A stretch of DNA of 46,471 bases, from IMG/VR virus record IMGVR_UViG_3300026522_000008, one strand, 5' to 3'. Position 1 is the stretch's first letter, and the number at the start of each line of letters is the position of its first letter. Shown one piece after another: positions 41,664 through 46,471 of the stretch. The notes under the pieces were generated by a model. The model had not been told where the DNA came from. It saw nothing but the letters and a program-made list of their open reading frames with translations, and ran no database searches. The stretch comes from a virus. The translations under genes were made by a program, and so were the position numbers.

Positions 41664-42155
41664 TTAGTCCTCCTTTTCATCCGCGTCGTCTGCGGCTTCT
41701 TCCTCGGTTTCTTCTGCCTCTTCGAAGCTCTCATCATTTAAGCTGTCCGCGTACTCTTCGAGGGGCGTCTTGGTTGCTCCGACCTCTTCGTAGAGGTCAT
41801 TCATGATCCGATCGGCGTGTGCTGCCAGGAGCACCGCTGCCAGCACGAGCTTGCTTGCTGAATTTTTGAGGCTTGCCGCCGATTCGATTCCCTTGTCTTC
41901 GCTCGTGGGAAGAATCGCCAGGAAAGTTTTCATCGCCTGCTCGACCTCTTTCATCGCGACCTTGACCGTGCAGAGGCGCTCAGAGGCGATGCCGTAGCCG
42001 TCGTAGCGGCTCGTGACCTTCGGCGGATTCTCGCTGGCGATCTGGTGGCAGGTGAACTCGATCGCTGCCGCGACGTTTTCTTCGACGTTCCGTTCTGATT
42101 CCAGGCGGGTGTCAAACATGATCTGCCCGTCTTCCTGTTCAAAGTATTCTCCCAT
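41664..42155 (-). CDS. Hypothetical protein with acidic C-terminus (163 aa)
   Basis: ATG at 42155, tightly packed between its neighbours. Confidence 0.7.
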   Translation of the reverse strand: MGEYFEQEDGQIMFDTRLESERNVEENVAAAIEFTCHQIASENPPKVTSRYDGYGIASERLCTVKVAMKEVEQAMKTFLAILPTSEDKGIESAASLKNSASKLVLAAVLLAAHADRIMNDLYEEVGATKTPLEEYADSLNDESFEEAEETEEEAADDADEKED

Positions 42156-42157
42156 GG

Positions 42158-42616
42158 TTATTCTCCTTTCTTTGCTCTGGCCTTTTTAGCGGCCTTGTTT
42201 GAAGCCTTGCGCCTCGAGATGTCGGTGTAATCGTAGGAGGACACAATCTCCGCGAGCTCTTCCGGGAGCTCTCCGTCGTTTTCCTCTGCCGCTGCTGCCA
42301 TTGTGCTCTGGAGCGTGTTGGCGTTGACGGTCTCTTTGATGATGTCTCCGTATCCCTGCGATCTCAAAACCTCGAAGAAGTCCAGGCCCTTTGCCGCCAG
42401 CTTCTCTTCTCCGATCTTTGCGTACTTTGTTTTCTCCTGCAGGCTGTAGGTGTAGTTGCCGACGGCGATCTGCGGGATGTCCTGGTCGACCATCTCGTTT
42501 TCGATCTCCTCCTTGAGGGTGTCGATCAAGGCGTTGTTGTCTTTGGTTGCCGTGGCGAGTTCGTCCTTTTTGGCGAGGAGTTCCTCATACTTCGTGAACA
42601 TTTCAGTAAGTTCCAT
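42158..42616 (-). CDS. Hypothetical coiled-coil protein (152 aa)
   Basis: ATG at 42616. The N-terminus is a coiled coil and the C-terminal tail is basic. Confidence 0.7.
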   Translation of the reverse strand: MELTEMFTKYEELLAKKDELATATKDNNALIDTLKEEIENEMVDQDIPQIAVGNYTYSLQEKTKYAKIGEEKLAAKGLDFFEVLRSQGYGDIIKETVNANTLQSTMAAAAEENDGELPEELAEIVSSYDYTDISRRKASNKAAKKARAKKGE

Positions 42617-42643
42617 AGGTGGTAAGTCCTTTCTATTGCTGTC

Positions 42644-42672
42644 GCCCGGCCGCGCTCCGGGCTTTTGTTGTT
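42644..42672 (+). terminator. Plus-strand intrinsic terminator-like hairpin in an otherwise minus-strand region
   Basis: gcccgg (42644-42649), loop ccgcgct, then ccgggc (42657-42662), followed by ttttgttgtt on the plus strand. On the minus strand only an upstream A-run is present. Confidence 0.45.
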
Positions 42673-42747
42673 ATGTATTGGTCTATCTCTCAAATAGGAG
42701 GTTGCGCGACATGGCGGTCGCTATGCTAAAAGCGCGGTTTTTAGCCC

Positions 42748-42942
42748 TTATCGGGTTCTTTTCTCGAAGTTTTCGCAGAAATCTCTGTATTCCGTGTAAT
42801 CTGCGTAGCAGTCGGAGTCCGGGTTGTCGCACACCCAGTCGTCTTCTTTTTTGTGGTACTTGCAGGTTCCGCAGCATTCCGGCTTCTTTTCTCCGAGATC
42901 CAGATGCGTATATCCATAGGTTCCGTATTTCAGGTTTCTCAT
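42748..42942 (-). CDS. Small Cys-rich protein (64 aa)
   Basis: ATG at 42942 in ATGA overlap with the helicase stop. PECCGTCKYHKKEDDWVCDNPDSDCY is the Cys-rich segment. Confidence 0.6.
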   Translation of the reverse strand: MRNLKYGTYGYTHLDLGEKKPECCGTCKYHKKEDDWVCDNPDSDCYADYTEYRDFCENFEKRTR

Positions 42943-44303
42943 GTGAAGAAGTTCCTCCAATCATCGACCACGGTTTTGGCCATGTCCTCTTTTTTCGCCA
43001 GGGCGGTTTCTACGTTTTCATCGACCGTCTTTTCCGCGATCAGGCTTATGTATGTGCAGGTGTTCCTCTGCCCGATCCTGTGGATTCGGCTCAGCGACTG
43101 AGAAAAAGTAGCGTAGTTAAAATTTTTACTGTAGTAGACGCAAGTGTCCGCTGCCGTCAGGGTGACTCCGACGCCCAGCGTGTCGATCTGCCCGACGATC
43201 ACCGTCGTCTTCGGGTCTTCCTGGAATTGCCGGATGATTTCTCCGCGCTCCTCCTTCTTGATCGCTCCGTAGATCGCCACCTTCCGCATCCCGGTTCCTT
43301 TGAAGAGCCCCGCGATCACGTTCTGGATCTCATGGACCTCCGGAATAAATCTAGCGAAAATCACCAGCTTCTTCTTCCCGTCGATTACGTAGTCCTGGAT
43401 AATGTCTGCGAGCGCGTCGAGCTTTGACCGGTTCACAAGCTCCGGCTTTTCGTTGTCGTCTGTCACCAGGAATCCTCCGGCGAGCTGCTGCAGTCGGAGG
43501 AGCTTTGTCAGCACTGTTGTGGCTGTGATTGTTTCTCCGTTAATCAGTTCTGCGTAGCTGGAGCGCTTGATTTGCTGGTATAGATCCGCGGTCTTTTTGT
43601 CGAGCTCGACTCTTCGTGTTATGAAGGTCTGCTCCGGCAGGTCGATGGCTTCTTCCTTCGTGATTCTGAAGGCTATCGAGTGCTCTTTTTTAATCAGGCC
43701 GTCGAGGTCTCTGTATCCTACAATCTGCTTCCGGTTAAAGCCTCCCATGATGGCGTACCGGTTCCGAAACTTGTAGAAGTTGTCTCCGAATACGGTTTTG
43801 TCCAGGAATCGGTACTGACTCCAGATGTCTATCGCGTCATTCTGGACTGGGGTTCCGGAAAGAATCAGCTTGTACCTTGCCTTGTCTCCGAGCTCGTGCA
43901 TCGCTTTCGACTGCTTTGCGTCGTGGGTCTTGATCCTCTGGCTTTCGTCGCAGACGATCATGTCCGCGTCGTATTTCTTGAGCTCCTCGAATACGTCCTC
44001 TCGCCATGTGGACTCGTAGTTTATGACCGCGACCTTCATGGCTTTGAACGGGAATTTTTCGAGGTCGTCGAGCATCTTGAGCCTTTGGTTCTTGGTCCCC
44101 AGGAGCGCCCGGCATGTTACCCTGAAGTCCGCGACCTCCGCGATCTCCTTAGGCCAAACCGAAACGACCGAGGTCGGTGCGACTACCAGAACGCGCTGGA
44201 CGGCTCCGAGGCTGTATGCCGCTCCGGCTATGGCTATGGCGGTTCTTGTTTTTCCGCAGCCCATTTCAAATAAAAGGCCGAACCCTTTATTGATGGCTGT
44301 CAT
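42939..44303 (-). CDS. SNF2-family helicase lacking the usual N-terminal Q-motif segment (454 aa)
   Basis: AAAGGAGG, 8 nt, then ATG at 44303. Helicase motifs read FEMGCGKT (I), VCDESQRIK (II), LILSGTPVQN (III) and QSLSRIHRIGQ (VI). Only about 13 aa precede motif I. Confidence 0.9.
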   Translation of the reverse strand: MTAINKGFGLLFEMGCGKTRTAIAIAGAAYSLGAVQRVLVVAPTSVVSVWPKEIAEVADFRVTCRALLGTKNQRLKMLDDLEKFPFKAMKVAVINYESTWREDVFEELKKYDADMIVCDESQRIKTHDAKQSKAMHELGDKARYKLILSGTPVQNDAIDIWSQYRFLDKTVFGDNFYKFRNRYAIMGGFNRKQIVGYRDLDGLIKKEHSIAFRITKEEAIDLPEQTFITRRVELDKKTADLYQQIKRSSYAELINGETITATTVLTKLLRLQQLAGGFLVTDDNEKPELVNRSKLDALADIIQDYVIDGKKKLVIFARFIPEVHEIQNVIAGLFKGTGMRKVAIYGAIKKEERGEIIRQFQEDPKTTVIVGQIDTLGVGVTLTAADTCVYYSKNFNYATFSQSLSRIHRIGQRNTCTYISLIAEKTVDENVETALAKKEDMAKTVVDDWRNFFT

Positions 44304-44610
44304 CGGTTCCACCTCCTTTATGACTCGCTTTTGCGTAGCTGTTTATTAATTCGAAGATCATTTCTGCAATCGGACCACTTATGTTTCTAACCTGTACTTC
44401 TTCCGGGTAGGCGTAATTGTAAATTCTTCGGTAGAGCTCCTTTACGTAGTAGCTGTCCGGAATTGTGGCCTCGTTTATTGCGTGGTGTTTGCGTACGATA
44501 ATGTCGAACGTATCAGGTTCCTTTAGTCGTTCGTCCTCTTCCGGTGTGACCGCTTTATCTAGGACTCTTTCGCCGTTTTCCCATTTGTATCTCAGAAGTT
44601 TTATCCTCAT
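44287..44610 (-). CDS. Hypothetical protein (107 aa)
   Basis: ATG at 44610 in ATGA overlap with the upstream stop. It overlaps the helicase start by 17 nt. Confidence 0.65.
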   Translation of the reverse strand: MRIKLLRYKWENGERVLDKAVTPEEDERLKEPDTFDIIVRKHHAINEATIPDSYYVKELYRRIYNYAYPEEVQVRNISGPIAEMIFELINSYAKASHKGGGTDDSHQ

Positions 44611-44882
44611 TTGGCTATCCTTTCCGCGATCTCTCCGGCGCAGGCTGCGTATCCGGCGAGATCGATGTAGCTGTCGGTCTTCTTCGGGTCCGCCTTCACT
44701 CTCGCAATCTTGAGGAGTGCCATCATCATGGCTACGTCCGTTGCTGTGATCTGGGTCCCGGTGTAAAGGCTCCAAAGAGCCGCGATGTTCGTGAAGTTGT
44801 TCTCAGGGGTTCCGTAATGGTGATCGCGGTCTCCGCTTACGCACTTCTTTGCTGCTTCCAGGATGTTTTCTCTCGCTGTCAT
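44607..44882 (-). CDS. DUF6378-like protein (91 aa)
   Basis: ATG at 44882 follows GGAGG. ILEAAKKCVSGDRDHHYGTPENNFTNIAALWSLYTG...ALLKIARV...DSYIDLAGYAAC matches the DUF6378 pattern recalled from memory. Confidence 0.65.
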   Translation of the reverse strand: MTARENILEAAKKCVSGDRDHHYGTPENNFTNIAALWSLYTGTQITATDVAMMMALLKIARVKADPKKTDSYIDLAGYAACAGEIAERIAK

Positions 44883-44893
44883 TTCTTTTCCTC

Positions 44894-45457
44894 CTATGCC
44901 ATAAATCTGCAGCCGCAGCTGTCGCAGTGACCGCTTTTGTGTCCGTTGTAGCTGCTGATCATTATCGTGATAGGCTTTCCGCAGTTCGGGCACCTTCCTT
45001 GCTCCGTCTTCGGGGTGTCGTATTCCTTTGTTTCCTTGTCTTGAATAAAATGCTGGCCGCACCAGTGGCATTGCTGCAAACTGTAGGGCATTTCTCCGCA
45101 GACCGGGCATTCCGGGCTTCTTCCGTATCCGTCAAATACGAATCTGATCTTTATCGGCGGTTTGTTCTGGTATTTCTCCCAGAGCTCTTTTCTTCTCCGT
45201 TTGGCGGTCACGTTCTTTTCGTATTCCTCGAATTCTCTTCTATCCCAGTAGTATTCGCAGGCCTTGTCTTCCGGATGGATATCGTGGTCGAATGGCTGCA
45301 TTGTGCAGTGGTATCCGGATTTCTCTGGAAACCCGCCGGCAGCTCTCGTTTCGCATCGGTAGCATCTTTCGCAGGTTTTTCCTTCGAGCTCTTCCGGTGT
45401 CAGCTTTTTTGTGTAGTCATATTCCGGATCCTGAATTCCGTCGCTGAACATTGTCAT
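44894..45457 (-). CDS. Multi-zinc-ribbon protein (187 aa)
   Basis: ATG at 45457 in ATGA overlap with the exonuclease stop and 9 nt after GGAGG. Cys pairs read CERCYRC, CPVCGE...CHWCGQ, CPNCGK and CDSCGC. Confidence 0.7.
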   Translation of the reverse strand: MTMFSDGIQDPEYDYTKKLTPEELEGKTCERCYRCETRAAGGFPEKSGYHCTMQPFDHDIHPEDKACEYYWDRREFEEYEKNVTAKRRRKELWEKYQNKPPIKIRFVFDGYGRSPECPVCGEMPYSLQQCHWCGQHFIQDKETKEYDTPKTEQGRCPNCGKPITIMISSYNGHKSGHCDSCGCRFMA

Positions 45458-46206
45458 TTCTGTGTTCCTCCTTTGGAAATTCCGACCTTCTTCGGGAAGA
45501 TGTCGCACGGCATCGTGATATTCACGGAGTAGCGGATGTTTTGCGGTCCGTAGGTTACCTTCTTGAATTTCGAGCCGCTCACTCCGTACTTTTCGTTGAA
45601 TCCGAAGATATTCACGTATTGGTCGAGGTCGTCTCTTTCCTCTGCCATCGCTTCAAAAACTGCCGCCAGCGCTTTCGCGTCATCGATCGCTCTGTGCGTG
45701 TTCTCTACTTTTCCGTCGAGGCCGTAGTGCGTGATTGCATCCTTCAGCTTGTGCGGGAATCCTGCGCGGTCCTTGTAAACCGTCAACGTGTCCAGGTAGT
45801 CGGCCTGCGTGAAGCTCCGGATCGGATCGTATCCGGTCTCTTTGATGTGGCGGATATAGGTCTCGGCTATGAAGTTTAGGTCGAACTGTGCGTTGTGTGC
45901 GATCAGGAGAACTTTTCCGTTTTCTTTGGCCGGGGTGAACATTCTAGTCATGAGGTCGAGGGGCTTTCGCTCGCTGATTCCTGTCGCGCACTGGAGAGCT
46001 GTGATTCCTGTGATATCAGTGATTTTTTCTGGGATGTCAGGCTCGATCTCCAGCTGCACGTAGGTGTCGATCGGCTCTCCCGGTCCTTCCTTGGAGTAAT
46101 TCAGCGCTGCGTATTCGATGATCTGATTCTTCTTTGCGTCGAATCCTGTAGTCTCCGTGTCCAGGAAGACCAGGTGCTCGTATTCGTCAAAAAGTTTTGA
46201 ATTCAT
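45454..46206 (-). CDS. DEDDh 3-prime-5-prime exonuclease (DnaQ/PolIII epsilon-like, 250 aa)
   Basis: ExoI is FLDTETTG, ExoII is AHNAQFDLNF and ExoIII is HRAIDDAKA. Confidence 0.9.
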   Translation of the reverse strand: MNSKLFDEYEHLVFLDTETTGFDAKKNQIIEYAALNYSKEGPGEPIDTYVQLEIEPDIPEKITDITGITALQCATGISERKPLDLMTRMFTPAKENGKVLLIAHNAQFDLNFIAETYIRHIKETGYDPIRSFTQADYLDTLTVYKDRAGFPHKLKDAITHYGLDGKVENTHRAIDDAKALAAVFEAMAEERDDLDQYVNIFGFNEKYGVSGSKFKKVTYGPQNIRYSVNITMPCDIFPKKVGISKGGTQK

Positions 46207-46471
46207 TACCAGAATCCTCCTTCCTTGTGTTCACGGGCTTCGAGGATGTAGTAGTTCTCGGTTCGTGCCTTTTCCCAGCTTTTTGCTTTGAATGTAACTG
46301 TGATTCCGTATCCGCCATCGCCTCCGGTTTCCCATGGATCCGTGTAGGAGAATTCGTCTCCGTCATCTTCGTAGTTGGTGTGGAATTCATGGATGGCATC
46401 CATAACTCTTCCGAGTGCTGTCAGGTAGTCTTTGTAAATTCCGCAGCAGAAGATTCCATCGCCCTGGTCAT
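46206..46471 (-). CDS. C-terminal part of the junction-spanning hypothetical gene (same gene as 1..365)
   Basis: It stops at 46206 (TAATG overlap with the exonuclease start). The reading frame stays open to the window end and continues at base 365 via the repeat. Confidence 0.8.
   Translation of the reverse strand, partial: DQGDGIFCCGIYKDYLTALGRVMDAIHEFHTNYEDDGDEFSYTDPWETGGDGGYGITVTFKAKSWEKARTENYYILEAREHKEGGFW
46345..46471. repeat. Terminal direct repeat copy 2
   Basis: Identical to bases 1-127. Confidence 0.95.

Larger units (their letters stand above)
1..46344. mobile_element. Complete circular temperate phage (prophage-derived) genome, contractile-tail type
   Basis: The terminal 127-bp overlap closes the circle. 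A full set of integrase, repressor, replication, packaging, head, sheath/tube/baseplate and lysis genes is present. Confidence 0.9.

Noticed and set aside
44287-44312. Helicase N-terminus supplied by a frameshift from the 107-aa upstream ORF (YPEEVQ as Q motif)
   Set aside because: A strong AAAGGAGG-N8-ATG at 44303 argues for independent initiation. There is no slippery sequence in the 17-26-nt overlap, and YPEEVQ is a poor Q-motif match compared with LYKHQ in ORF 368..745.

Overview
The window is one complete, circularly closed temperate phage or prophage genome. Bases 1-127 repeat exactly at 46345-46471 and an ORF reads through the join, so the unit circle is 46,344 bp.

Almost all genes are on the minus strand in one long transcription direction. 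From the switch at about 1500 and wrapping through the junction, the order is:
- small early genes
- replication and recombination module: DEDDh exonuclease, SNF2 helicase, primase-helicase, VRR-NUC
- iteron and DnaA-box origin
- sigma-70 region-4-like late regulator
- an 847-bp non-coding region with very unusual composition
- ParB-DNA methyltransferase fusion
- lambda-like packaging and head genes: Nu1-like TerS, GpA-like TerL, gpW, portal, HK97-type protease, Mu gpT-like capsid
- contractile-tail and baseplate genes of P2/Mu/PBSX type: sheath, tube, frameshifted chaperone, tape measure, gpX, D, V, U, W, J, I
- a diversity-generating retroelement (DGR)
- lysis cassette: holins and a bifunctional endolysin

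The only plus-strand block (1563-5241) is the lysogeny module. It holds an XRE repressor, a large serine integrase and a 3-gene accessory operon.

The clearest special system is the DGR, with target, avd, TR and RT. TR and VR differ only at template adenines: 16 of 16 mismatches by hand alignment.

Candidates for genuinely unexplained biology:
- an A-depleted stretch (about 8% A on the plus strand over roughly 540 nt) containing about 13 tandem 13-14-bp CCGGAAAA-type repeats and a recurring CGGGCGGCA motif
- an SNF2 helicase that appears to be in two pieces about 2.4 kb apart
- the unknown lysogeny-module operon

All domain calls rest on motifs read by eye and recalled family signatures. No database search was possible. 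The host is inferred to be a Gram-positive Clostridia-like bacterium, from GGAGG ribosome-binding sites and an amidase/glucosaminidase/SH3 endolysin. That host call is inference only.
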